NCBI GenBank assembly: GCA_043228905.1
Contig: JBHGNT010000008.1
Span: 21,452,001-21,516,000 of the forward strand
DNA length: 64,000 nt
Direction: 5' to 3'
DNA from: Azolla caroliniana
Taxonomy: Eukaryota; Plantae; Polypodiophyta
In this document: piece by piece, positions 45,901 to 58,700 of the stretch
How the letters are laid out: each line of letters starts with the position of its first letter
Position numbering within the stretch: position 1 is the stretch's first letter
Made by a program: the position numbers and the translations under genes
The notes under the pieces: model-generated
Told to the model about the DNA's origin: nothing
Seen by the model: the letters and a program-made list of their open reading frames with translations, nothing else
Databases searched by the model: none

Positions 45901-46082
45901 ACTGCATCATCCACCTTCTCTGACCCATTACTGTCATTAATTCCACCGATACTATTGTCTGGATACTCAGCTGTGACATTCTCTTCAGGATTTTCTCCGG
46001 AATGCACTTCAAGATCCTGTTCCAGATTCTCTGTGATTTTCGCATCCTGAAGAGATCCATTGCGATCACCCAGAATTGACAT
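42911..46082 (-). CDS. WDL: WVD2-like / TPX2 C-terminal domain microtubule-associated protein, 8 coding exons, ~632 aa
   Basis: Exons 46082-45762, 45275-44904, 44684-44629, 44463-44380, 44285-44195, 44107-44036, 43949-43839, 43702-42911. Motifs [71 protein letters not shown]. Probable 5'UTR intron 46762-46106. Confidence 0.93.
44286..44379 (-). other. U12-type (minor spliceosome) GT-AG intron
   Basis: 5' end GTATCCTTC; branch point TTCTTAAC ending 9 nt before the 3' splice junction; no polypyrimidine tract; joins the flanking exons in frame. Confidence 0.88.
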
Positions 46083-47100
46083 TTGTTCGGAGTATGATCA
46101 AGGTTCTGTGGGGACAACCAGAAGAAATGGATTATTCAGGGAAGCAAGATACCATGAGTTTTGATTTCAGATTGGGTAACATTGCAGCAATGATGAAATA
46201 CAGAGAATCTAAAGATCAGATTAAATCAAATACATAAACTCCCAACTTTTTACATACGATACCAAATCTGTACGTTTAGCTCTTAGATGGGAAATATCTG
46301 TTTAAGGATGTACAAAACTTCAGAAAACTAATCAAAAGCTGAACAGAGTATCCCTCATAGGGCTAATAAAGAACATTAACAGGATAAAAGTTCAAAGGTT
46401 AGGTTTTGGATCAAAGACCTTAACTAAGACATTATAACAAGGGAAATTTATTCCAAGGATCTACAAAAACTCAAAGAAAAAATCCTAAAGAGAACTGATT
46501 CAGATTCATACAGTATGAAATTTTCATATTTAGATCTACATTCCCCGGGGACGGGGGAGGAAATCTAATGGAAAATAGTATTAATGAAGAAAACAGAAAT
46601 GCAAGAGAGAAAAACACATGAAAATATTCATAACAACGAATCAAACGTTCATGTTTAGATCTGCATTTGCGGGAGAGCGTTAGGAAAAACCGATTGAAAA
46701 TCGAGAAATTTGGGGAAAATGAGAGGGTTGGACACATGAATCAAGTGAAGAAAAGAACCAACCTGAGTAGAAGAAACGGAGATGAAACAATGTATCCACA
46801 GAGAGAGAGAGAGAGAATCTCTCAGACCTTTTATAACCCTAAATGAGGTCTCAAAAAATTACAACTCCCAAACAGACTAAATAAACGTGGGAATGGAGAT
46901 CTTTACGACTTAGATGGGAGGATATTCAAAGAACCCAATGAGGCAAAGGTCCAGATTCTCGCATTCTCAGACTTGGAAAGGCTCAATCTGGGGGGGTACA
47001 GAGATCAAGGAAAGGAATCTTCTAGATTCTGATGAGCAAAATCGGAAGGAGGAGGAGGAGGAGGAGGTGGGTATGAAGCTTTAGCTATGGTGCCTTCTCT

Positions 47101-47101
<1 letters not shown>

Positions 47102-47156
<55 letters not shown>
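47102..47156. repeat. (GT)n microsatellite between two copies of a ~35-bp duplicated segment
   Basis: GGTGGGT.TGAAGCTTT..GCTATGGTG.CTTCTCTG at ~47066 and ~47158 flank the GT run. Confidence 0.9.
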
Positions 47157-47162
<6 letters not shown>

Positions 47163-47349
47163 GTCTGAAGCTTTTGGCTATGGTGTCTTCTCTGATGTGT
47201 GTGTAAAGAGGTTTACCCAACAAAAGGATGAACAAAGGTTGTGAACCCAAAAATAAATAAAGTATTAACTAATTAGTTCACACAAGAGAGAGAGAGAGAG
47301 CTTTCATCAGAGAAACTTTGGGCCATGGCTAGGTGTGAGAAAAGAAGAC

Positions 47350-47434
47350 CTGGACTGGAGTCTGGCAGAGAGACCTTCTCGGACTCCTGGCTCGAGTCTG
47401 GCAAAGAGACCTTCTCGGACTCCTGGACCCGAGT
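47350..47434. repeat. 36-bp tandem repeat (2 copies plus a partial) with an internal inverted repeat
   Basis: GAGTCTGGCA(G/A)AGAGACCTTCTCGGACTC at 47358 and 47394. Confidence 0.88.
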
Positions 47435-50400
47435 TGTTGTTCCTGCGCAAGAGCTTGGCAATGGACAGTGTGTTGAGCTTAACACTCAGTCGGCAACACT
47501 GAGACTCGAGGGGTTCTTTACGAATCGAGGAAAGCGAACGTGGATGGACTATGTCAAGTGTCTATTCCATAGGCATAGCTCGCCTGTTCCAAAAGTAGTT
47601 TTATACAAAAGGATTAAAGAAATAGACCATAGAGGAGGATGGACAAGGACACATATGATTTCGTGTGTATGTTTAATGGAGAGATGGTCATGTGATCAGT
47701 CATTGTTTGATATATATTGAAATTGCATGCCATTAGGAATGGATTAGGTCGCACCGGCTTTTTCCACCATGGATCGGTTTGTTTGATAGAGAGAAAAAGG
47801 GGGGGTGGGGGAGCCTGGAAGGGTTTTTTGAAGCACTAGATGGATGTCACGTTACTTACCACCCCATGTTAGAAGGTCATCTTATGCGATGATTGACTCA
47901 TACTATGTACATGCATGTCTCTTTCGATGGGAATGGAGATAAAATGTCTTTTCACATACATTTCCATGTCATTGTGTGGTCACAATAAGCTCAATAGCCA
48001 TGTCCACCCATATGATTATGAGTCCTAGTGGAGTGGAGGGAGTGAGAGCGGAGAAGATAGGGGTTGGGGAAAAATGTCACTTCTCCATCGCTTGGGGGAA
48101 CAGGTGTCTAGTGTCATGTTGTGATACTCAAACTTAAGTGGAGAACTACATGGAGCATGTTTCCATTGGGGGGGGGGGGGGAATGAATTTTACTTGATTA
48201 ATGTGGTTTGGAAATCGGTCCTTTCATTTGTTATCGATTGCTTAGTCAGCCGAGGCCTTAACGATTTGGTCAAGATATCGAAAGATATATATGTATACAC
48301 ACACATACACACAATGTTCATCGGTACATTGAGCCCAATCACATTTACACAATGTTCGAGAAAAATTTGTTTGGTGATTTGTTCATTTGCCCTTTTCATG
48401 AATGAAATAAATTGATGCATTAGAAACACCATGAATTTGTATATATAGGCAGTTTATATATATATTATATATCATGTTTCCAACCGTAAAAGGCCAAAAA
48501 CTCAATGGGTATTTCATTGAATGACAGTAGATTCTTAGTCGTTTACACATGGACGTGGTGGCCATAATTCCCCCTTCATTAAACCAAGTTTGACCACACA
48601 TAGCATTCATGAAATCTAAAGAACAACAATATGAACTAGGCCTCGTCACATTCCATACTCGTTTAAATGAGTTTGAAGGTTGTGATTGAGAATAACAATT
48701 GAACCCCATTCAATGGTTCAATATGCTAAGACAACCTAGGAAGTTTACACTCCTTGGGCCCATGTTAAGTTTGTAATACTTTGTATAAGGGGTCCAACAT
48801 GTGAGAAATATGACTTCAGACTCTAGTCATTAGGCCTGAATTTCAATGTGCTTATTTAGAAACCTTACATGAACCAATTTAAGGTCAATTTTGAGCTTAT
48901 TGATACAATATGAAATTGTAAGAGTTCAATCGTACGAATGCAAATTCTATGCTAATGAACGTATTTACTTTGTCTAAGCAAATGTTACATAGGACTAACT
49001 AGGAAATGGTGTCAAGGGTTTAAAAAACCTTGTGCAAAACCTCGAGGAACATGTACAAGTTCACGAAGGTCAATAAATTAAAATAGGAATTATCATTTTT
49101 GTCTGAAGTTTGGTACGTACCTTAAACTTTGGCCTTATTTAGAATATTTGTTTGGTCAGCTAGGGAACAAACTTATGGTAGACCACATTACCCACAAAAA
49201 AGGCCAATATCGGTTGTTTTGATGGACCACTTAACTCATCTCAAATCATATCCATATTTACACAAGAGGTGTTCAATTCAGAGCCTAATGATTCATTGGC
49301 CCCAAATTTTTATTATTGTGGTAGGTGAAGGCGACATTTCTCTATCGATCCCTCGATCGTTCTCGTCCTTCTCTTTCGATGTCAAGTTTTTCGAACATGT
49401 GCAAAAAGCAAACCTATGTATATTTTATTGGATGAGGTTGTATTTTTGTTTCTTCAGTCCGAGTGTTGACCGGAAAAATGCATGAAGAAAGTTCATCATT
49501 AACCATTGTTAAAATGTAGTCCACGTGTTTTGGGCTTACTAAATAATCCACGAAATAACACAAACTTTTGATGAATATTTTGATTTCTACTTATGTGTAC
49601 AGCTTTCATGGTTGGAAAACACGAGCACAAAAATGGTGGTGCAAGGGCTTACGCCACGAGTAGATTTGACAATGACTATAAAATCAATAAATGAATTGTA
49701 CGCTCCGTTTTATGAGGACTAGGTGATGTCAATACTCTTGATCTGCTTATCCGATAACATCACTCTTCCATTGACAATATTTAAATATGGTGAGTGTTTC
49801 TCCCCAAAACTAGAAGCCCACTTTACAAATAAGTTGGCGCATGTGATGCATGTTAGAATGGTTATTTTATAGTTGTTAACGATTTCTTTCAAATTAGTTT
49901 AGGATAGCTCGATATAATATTGCATATGATACATGCTTCAAACTGGTTCATAATGCCTAGAGAAGAGAAGAACATACATTAAATATAAAGTAGAAACTTG
50001 TAGAGCCAATGGTTTTCCCTCCAAATAGAAAGAGAGGGAAATGCATTGAGTAGTTTCTTTCGTGATTTGTTTCAAGACCCTCTGGCGAATGTGGAAACTC
50101 AAGACTAACACAGTTAGCTCTAAACGGTACTAACCTTTCGTGAAGTAATGTCTTGGGAGATGAAGCTTAAAACAATGCATTCTAAACTCATCATATAGAA
50201 CTTGTGTTGATGTTTCTAAGCATTGAAAGAAAATTAGATTTATAATTTGTGGCAATGGCATTTATTTTGTCCACATATAATGAATGTGAAATATAAAGGA
50301 GCCTCAAGATATGTCATGATTGAGTGTTATAGTGTTGACTATTATTTGGTAACATCTGGTGCCATCAAAGCGAAATTGTTTTCGTATGTGATCATCGGAG

Positions 50401-52904
50401 TCGTTCATAAATATGAAAGCATATATAACAACAAGTTTTAAAAGAGAATTCATACAACCGACCTGTTTGATGTTCAAAAAGGTACAACTTAAAGGGTGTG
50501 TATTCATTTATTGATAGGAGAAGTGGACCGATCAGAGATGGACTATCCATTCAAACTTCTACCAATCCCCCTCTGTTTACGATATTGTCAATCTTGCTTT
50601 CTAGCATGGCACTGAATAATAGATTGGAGTGAAATTACGATTTTTCAAAATGGAAAACACGATAATATTGCATGGTCAAAACCAAGAAATCAAACATGGT
50701 AGTTTGAAAATGACCACACATGTTTTTTTTTCCTTTTCCCTTTCTAAGTTTTTTCATCTGAAAAAAATCCACACACCTAATGCAAGTCACTGGGGAGCAC
50801 CTCCCAAAACAATAAGTCTTCGACCCAACAATGGAGGCATCAATGTGTAATGGTCAAGAATAATTGTGGCCAACGTGAATGGAAGAGCAAGCTCTTGGGA
50901 TCCTTCTCCAATGACCCATCAGAATAACCCGTCCTCCCATGTTGTACGAACGAAATTTAACCTTGACCACTTGAACATCTATGTGAACACAATATCTCCT
51001 TCTCTCATTATATCCAATCTTTGTACTTTTAGACACATTCATTTGAGACTTAAATATGCATCTCAACGACTTACAAAAAGGCATCACTAAGTTGCATCCA
51101 ATAGCTCCAAGGAAGTAAGCGTGGATGTCGATTTTTGGATGATGATCGGGTCGATAATCAATAATGAGACAGGAGTCAAGCAAGATGGCATGCAATGAGG
51201 ATAAACATCAGTCGCGATACGAGACAATCTTGTATTTTCTTTCACCTATCATGTGATGGTCCAAACATTTGGGTTCATTTTGTCTAAACCAAAACTTTGT
51301 TTTCACCCTATTTATGTTTGCGACTTTTTAAACCATGTTGCTTCCCACCTTTATCTTCATGTTTTCCGACCTTCAACTCACCAATGCTATTCTTTTAACA
51401 TTAACTTTTATTGGCCAACAATTGCATTCTTAGATTTTATGTGGAAAAGCATATCGATAGTAGACCATAGATTTTTTGTTGATATTCTTTCATACTAAAA
51501 TATCATTCCTCACCTCCAATAACTATGCCAACTATTCTTTTAAATATATGCATTGGTTTTGTCACTTGTGGTATTTTGGTTATTCTATATCAAAAGAGCC
51601 TTTGTATAAACATTTGCATGTATTTGGCTTTTTTTGCTCATATAAAGGTAGAGATGTGCACTACATGTCATTGTTGTATCGTCCTTTGACACACTTTTTA
51701 TAAGTTTTCCACACTACATATAGATGCCAAATTCTATAGCATCAAGAAATTATCCCACTATACAAGATTACATGGCAACGTCATGCATACATTGAAAAAA
51801 AATATTAAATCATGATCAAGGGGAGGCCCTCAAAAGCAATTTCTAATGGCAACCTACAAGGCCTATGATAATCGAAATGATCACAAGGCAGTCGGTTGAT
51901 CACACCAAAGACAAGTGTGTATTCTAAACAAGCACTTAAAGCATGATCTTAAAAACAATAAGCTTACAAGTCCATGTATCATTCAAGTGAGCAAAACTTA
52001 ACACGCATAGATTCAAGTCATTTTATAATATAGTGATGACAAAATGGATCATTCAAGTGACTTTGTAATAAAGCCATGATAAATGGAACCACAATGGTCA
52101 TTGACAATGACCTTAATTATGGCAATTGGAACACATCAAAATGTTCCCTCGAGCACACAAATACACAAAATTAATGCCCTAAAAAGGATTGTTGATCACT
52201 CCCTCTTGTTGAATGGATGATAGTGGAAGTTGGAGCTTGTACTGGGGCTAATAGTGAAATAACCCACACTACAAATCAAACACCTAGTTTAATTGAATTG
52301 GCTTAATTTAGTGATGTAACTTCATGGCTAGTAATATATAGTTTCTTGATTGATTAATGGTTTTGTTTGTTGCTTCACAACAAAAATAGGTGGAGTGGTA
52401 TGTTTTTATAGCCTCGCTAAGTCAATTCCCAAAAAGAGGGCATAAATGTCTATGTCAATGTCATGGGAGACATAACAAACATATGATGATTGCCATAACG
52501 AGCTCTAGAAAAGTTGATAAAGATCATACATCGATTGACAAATTTGTAGTTTTATTATGATGTGAAACTAATTGTCGAAAAACTCTAGACAAGTACTTGC
52601 GCAAAGGAAGTTGCAAATAGTTTGAGGTCATATGGTCGATGCCGAAAGGACAAAAGGACTTTTGAAAATAAAAATGAGATGCATAACTGTAAGCAATAAT
52701 GCAATAATATTATTGTATAACGATGACCCTCTATATAACGTATGTGACAAAGTTTCCATGGCGTGGTTGCTTCTTGTGCAAGTGGCTAGTGCAAAGTTTT
52801 ATTATTGTGGAAGGACACTAAGAGGTAATATTGTAAATAAACATCATTGAGCCCATTCTAAACAGAACCTATTTTTCCCACAACGTTATTGATTATGTGT
52901 ATAA

Positions 52905-53250
52905 CAATCGGCAATGGTTCGGTTCGGTTCGAGAGTGTCAAAACCGAACTGTTTAAAACTTTCGAAACTTGAACCGAGTTGAACCACGAAAATGTTAAAC
53001 TAAACAATTTAAAAAATCAAACCGTTAAAACCGTGGTTTCGGTTTTCAACTTAGGTCAAAATTTAAATTTAAAAATTTAAAAATTTTCCTAAAATGTGAG
53101 AATAAGGCTTGAAAATACAAAGATTGTTTTCAAAAGAAATTGTTAAACCGTTTAAACCGTGGTTTCTATCCGTTGAAACCAAACGGAAATCGAACCAAAC
53201 TGTTTAAAAAAACCTGAACTTCAACATAATAAAATCGATCCGTTTTTAGT
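52905..53250. mobile_element. AACCG-rich MITE-like remnant
   Basis: Starts AATCGGCAATGGTTCGGTTCGG like the 34.6 kb element; dense AACCG/CGGTT motifs. Confidence 0.6.
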
Positions 53251-54028
53251 CTCACATTTCAACTCATGATTGAATTGAACCACCTCAATGTGATGTTTCC
53301 ACAAATGCAAAGGTTTTGGAAGTCTTTTTGTTTTCACACTCAAGACTTCAATTGCACCACACCACCTCAACATGTCATTTCCATCATGCAAAGAAGTCGT
53401 GAGCAGTGTTTGGCAAAGTCTCTAGCCCCTACCGGAAATTTTCCTGCTTCTTATGAACGTAACTGGAATTTAAAAAATTTACCCGGCCACTTTCCTACAA
53501 GCGATAATGTCAATGGGAACATATTGAATTATTTTTTTGACGCATACAAAATCAAATAATTTTTCTTTTGCACAATACCGAATCAAATATATCACAAAAA
53601 CAATAACGCTTTCCTATTTTTTTTGTGGGCCATAATGTAGAGTACATTAGACTAGAATAATCTAGTGATTCCATTTACAACCTATTTGGGGGTACTAATT
53701 TGAGATCTCTATCCCCCGAATTGATAGAAGACTCACATAGCACCAAAAACATAAAGAGGTTACTTTTTTGGGGGATTGGGGGGGGGGGGGGTGACACAAA
53801 GAAGAAGACGACACAACAGAAAAGCCATCACTCTTGGCTCATTTGACAATTACAACATTGTCAAAATCTGTAGGATGAATCTTATCCAAGACAACAACAA
53901 TACTATCTTTGCATGCACAAAACATCATTTACAACAATTGTAAATATAATACATACTCTTAGATCACATTAGAAACTCATCATTTGTGATTTGATTGTCA
54001 TTTCAACTCTTATGAAATATTCTCAACA

Positions 54029-54444
54029 AGGGTTGTGACAAATCGGATGGATTTTGTGTAGCGGAAGAATTATGTGTGTGTGCGTGGAGAGAGAGAACTC
54101 AAGGTTACAGAAAAACAGAAAATTGTTTTACAAGGAAACAAGAGTGACCAACATTACAAAAGAGACAGAGAAGGTGCTTATGTAGTCACCTTCTCTCTAG
54201 GTTCTCTCACTAGAGTCGCCTCTTGGGAAGGAGGTCGAGTCTTAACTACTTAAAGAATATGTGTCATAGGATATTAACTTCTATGACACGCTAATTATTA
54301 TAGAAGGAGGTGGGGTGGTCACACACTTGAGTATTTGAGAGTGTGTTCCCACACACGGGAAGTTGAGTTTGATTCTGAACAAGGGTATGACAGAATCACC
54401 AAGTACGTAATCCAAGGGTTATCAAGGTTTTCTTTGACAACCCT
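54029..54444 (-). mobile_element. Solo-LTR-like insertion with 8-bp terminal inverted repeat AGGGTTGT and flanking AACA
   Basis: AACA|AGGGTTGT...ACAACCCT|AACA. The GA-rich interior has a GCGGAAG motif near the left end, as in the neighbouring solo LTR. Confidence 0.5.
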
Positions 54445-55050
54445 AACATGAATTTCTAGAATTTTCCCCGAGAGGTGCACTTTAAGATGCATAAATCCAT
54501 GGATGGTACACTGATGTGTTTGATCGTTTTAAGGGAGAAAGCATGCTTATCCCAACCACGACCGCAACTCCAACTACAACAGTAGTGTATGCTATCGATC
54601 CTCGGTTTTGTTGGCTTTGTATGTTTACTCTCGTTCTTCCATGTTGGAACTCGGCATCACTCTAGGATTCTCGAGGAATACTTTTCTTTGCCACTCCTTG
54701 ACAATAGTTTAAATGAAGCATTAAAACTTGAACAAAATGTGTTCTAATACACTATTGAATGACTTCTTGAATAAATAAACTTTGAATATTGCCAAAACTT
54801 GAGCTACACCATAAAATATATCTTAACATGGAGTTATCTTGACTGACATGCAAGTATATATTTTGCTTAGAGCTAACCTAACATGATTAAAACCTCAAAC
54901 CATTAAAATAATCAGCTTCCCTAATTTTAAGATAATTTAGGAAACAAATTGTCAATTATGTTGGCCAAAAGGCATGATAAATAATGGAACCAACAATGAG
55001 CATAATACCTTGGCACATGACAATCTTGCATAAGTTATGGCATTCATAAG

Positions 55051-55526
55051 TGTGAATGTTAACGAGCGGAAGCGTTAGACAGAACCGGCTCAACTGGATA
55101 ACAACAGAGAATAAGAAGAAGGTTTAATGGAGAAGCTTAATGCACAAAGAGTATACGCGGGAGAGACAGAGAGAGCAGAACGTAAACGTAGATTAAAAAA
55201 ATAAAAACACTCTGTAAAACTCTGTACATACAACATGCTAAACAACACTATTTTTACAAGTCCTCAAAAGGACTGACAGAAGTACTATGTACTTCAATGC
55301 TCATACGCGCGAGTGACACTAAATACGAGACAATGATTACTTAGTATTCTAGGCTACTACTAGGCTTCCGGTTCGTGCTCGAATCCGGCTCTCTGATCCG
55401 TCTCCCTGATCCGGCCGGTTGTTTCTGCATACCATCCGGATACTGATCTGGTTCTTGGTTCTGGATGCCGATCTGGCTCAGGCTTATCCAACCGATCCGG
55501 ATCCGGTTGAGCTTGCTCGCTCAACA
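55051..55526 (-). mobile_element. Solo LTR (476 bp) with a perfect 5-bp target-site duplication
   Basis: ATAAG|TGTGAATGTTAAC...GCTCGCTCAACA|ATAAG: TG...CA ends, TSD at 55046-55050 and 55527-55531, multiple ATCCGG motifs. Orientation is inferred. Confidence 0.85.
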
Positions 55527-56129
55527 ATAAGATCATCATCAATAGCGAGGATTACACGGTCACCTTCATCATCTTCATATTGCACGCCAAGATCAATGTG
55601 ACACAATTAATCACTTAAAACTAATTAGCAACCTACAGTTTGGAGCAAAACAAAAAAACCATTATATGTGGTGATTTATTGACATCAAAATCATCACCAA
55701 GTCTTTGTGTTATTGTAGAAATTAGTTTTGTCAAGCTCTCAATTCCGAAACATTCAACATTCACGTAACTTCAATTCCAAGTCAAGGGCTCTAAAACCAT
55801 AACCCATTTAGCATGTAAACTTTAAAATGAAAGTACCACAATTGAAACGATGAACATTGCCTTTGGAATCCTCTAGCTTAAAAGAGAAGGATGTTTCTAA
55901 ACCTAATGTTGGATATTTCAAGTGATCAAGTATGATGCTTTCAACATAGGACTTTGTTACAAAATATCATTGTTTGGAGAAGGCCATGTAAAAATAAGTC
56001 AATCATATGAATGACATTCATCAATTGTTTAAACTCGAGAAAAACTCAAACCTATGATTGTCATCCTCATCTTCTAGAAGTTCCGATGCAATGGTTGAAT
56101 CCCAAAACCTCTATATCATTATTCTTGAC

Positions 56130-57490
56130 ATATCAGTATTCCCCCTCAACACTGACAACCTACATCATCAATAATACACAAGAAGTTCTCTTAGTGAGAA
56201 TACATCTCATGTATTCTTAAGAGTGGGTAGATGTAAAATGAAGTTTAAAACATGACAAATCTTCTATACCATAGGAACAATGGCATGGGCATCCAGAGTC
56301 CAGACAAGCCACAATGCAACCCTCAACCACAATCCACAAGAGAAACTCAAAAACACACACGGAACACAAGAATGATTTGGTTTCTTTTGTGTGATCATAA
56401 CTCGTAAATCATTTGGTCTTTTTACCTCGATCTATGACAGGTAAATGAAGGAATTTTCCATCATGCATGACATGCAAAGCATTTACAATGCTCGTATCAA
56501 TTGGGATACACTCTGGATTTGGAGTAAGAACCTAGAACAAGAGCATTGTCAAGACTCTTCATACATAATTGGAGACAAATATTTTACATGAAAATACCAA
56601 TAAAAGGATACCTTCTCAACAAGTGTGAACTCTGGTGAAAGGTTCTGCACAATCACTCGCATTAAAACATCTTTTGACCTGAGACCATACCCTATTATTC
56701 AAATTTGATGACATATATGTCCACAAATTCAAGCTACAAATTACGCAAACACTTTTTGGATCAAGCCAGTAGAAAATAAAAAGTAGAAATCCCTTGAGGC
56801 TTATTACTATTACTTGTGATGATTACTGAGCTGACCTGCAGTTCTCGCAACTACTTACTACTATTGTTATTGCTACTCAGAGAGGTAGCAAGATTTACAT
56901 TTAGAAAAACCTATAACTTGTAGGACTCCACTCGAGAAGATCAAAAGGGGAAACACATTATTATTAGTTTTTTGCCAATCGATTCACTCTTCAATGATGT
57001 TCTGAACAATATTGTTGACACAATCTACATTTGATATGCTATGGACAAGGACTTAGGGTTTATACAATCACTTACTTCTTGATTTTGCCTGATTCCTCAA
57101 TCAAGTATGAACTTTGGACTCTGAATTTGAAGCGCCACACACAACAACGAGTAGAGTACAAAGCCCCCACACACAATCGTTGAGTTTAGAGTCAACATAG
57201 AGGCAATCACTGAGCACAGAGGAATGAGCAGAAGAGGGAAATGTCGAGAGTCGAGACATAGGCAATAGGTTATAGAAGAGGGAAAGGAGAGAAAAGAGGA
57301 GGGAAAGAGGGAGAAAATATCAAAAGAGTTCAATTTTTTATATTTTCCCAAAACTATATAAATAGTTGGTTCAAAAAATATGAACAAGCTAGATTTTGGT
57401 TTTTGGGAAATTCTAGTTGGAATCAGTTCTGGCTCTCCCCCACCTTCGCCGACAAAAGTCCCAACCCAACTAGAACACTAACACTGTTCC
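56130..57490 (-). mobile_element. Degraded Ty1/Copia LTR retrotransposon (RT/RNase H remnant plus LTR-like segment)
   Basis: Minus strand shows decayed QPxG (~56800), LYGL (~56770), SKKQ (~56420) and RTKHI-like (~56385) segments followed by a PPT-like TTGAGGGGGAA at ~56140-56150. A TATA plus CT-rich LTR-like region lies at 57130-57400. Confidence 0.55.
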
Positions 57491-57589
57491 TGGGACTTTG
57501 CCCAACATTGGTCGTGAGTGCCATGCCTCATTGCAAAGTGTATATAAAACTAAAAAGGATAGTCAACATATACCTTTCTACTTTGTAGC

Positions 57590-58700
57590 GTATGTAATAG
57601 TTTCGGAGGGAAAATTGCAATGGGTCTCTATGGAGGATGACCTTCTCAATTTAGTGGAGTGGAAACCTATTAGGGTGGTTGCAAAAATAGGGAAGGTATG
57701 TATTATTGATCCCTATCCTAAAAATGTAAACCCTCTATGGGATATTTGGGTTTGTGGTAGCAACCAACAAAATGGTGGTGGAGACATGCTAATGGTAAGA
57801 TGGTTTCTTTATTTGACTACTTGGTAAATTTAGGTAGAAATTCCAACGAAGGAGGAATTGAGTTATGCTGGTTGCAACTAAGGTATGGTTAAGTAATAGT
57901 ATTCCTATGCATTCAGTATTGGCGTTTTGGAAATGGTTGTGGGCTTTGCAAATTCCTTGCAAAATCATTACATTTAGATGGTTATGTGTCCACTATGCAC
58001 TTCAAGTTCTGGAATGGATGCATAGGGAATCAAAACTTATTCTTTTAGTGGGTTTCATTTGGAATCAATGCAACATGCCTTATGGAACTGTATGGCTGCA
58101 TGTTCTGTTTGGAAACGTATGTTGTGCCTCATTGATGTTGCGCATGGACCTAATGTGATTACATGGGGAAATGTCTTTTGGATGGATGTAAATGTGGATA
58201 AGCATAATTCTACCCCTCACACTAGGGAAAGGCAAGTTAAAGGCATACCATGTTCAAGCTCAAATCAGTTGAATGTGGATGCCAAAGTATGGGCTACGGT
58301 ATCATCGGTGGTTCTGTGGAATATTTGGATAGATCGATGCAAAAATATGTTTCAACAAATAAAGCAAAATCCGGCACATTGTGTGAAGGAAATTTGGTCG
58401 ATGCTTATCTCAATTTTAAAAGGTCAATATGACGCCTTCAATGGTAATGAAGATACCAATTTTTTGAAACAACAATCCTTCAAAGGCAAGTGGAAGGATT
58501 TGTTTGTTTTTGTGGAGAGAAATGACGAAATGGTTTGACAATATGCACCCCCTTGATGGTTGTTTCCTCCATAGGTGGAGTTTGGTTTCAATTATGACAT
58601 AGTGGGGGATATACCTTTTCTCTCCTATCTCACCCTCCACTAGATTGTATCATTACATGCTTTGTATACGCTTATTGGATTGGTAATGGAAACTATGATG
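57590..58700 (+). mobile_element. 3' portion of an L1-type LINE (zf-RVT region), frameshifted
   Basis: FWKWLWALQIPCKIITFRWLCVHYAL, ESMQHALWNCMAACSVW and VLWNIWIDRCKNMFQ are typical of plant LINE ORF2 C-termini. Confidence 0.8.

Noticed and set aside
48167-48181. Poly-G runs as G-quadruplex elements (also ~47799-47812 and ~53778-53791)
   Set aside because: Isolated homopolymers in intergenic DNA, error-prone in length, with no supporting context.
55274-55295. TGACAGAAG resembling the miR156 5' end
   Set aside because: Only 9 nt match, it lies inside a solo LTR, and no precursor hairpin is evident.
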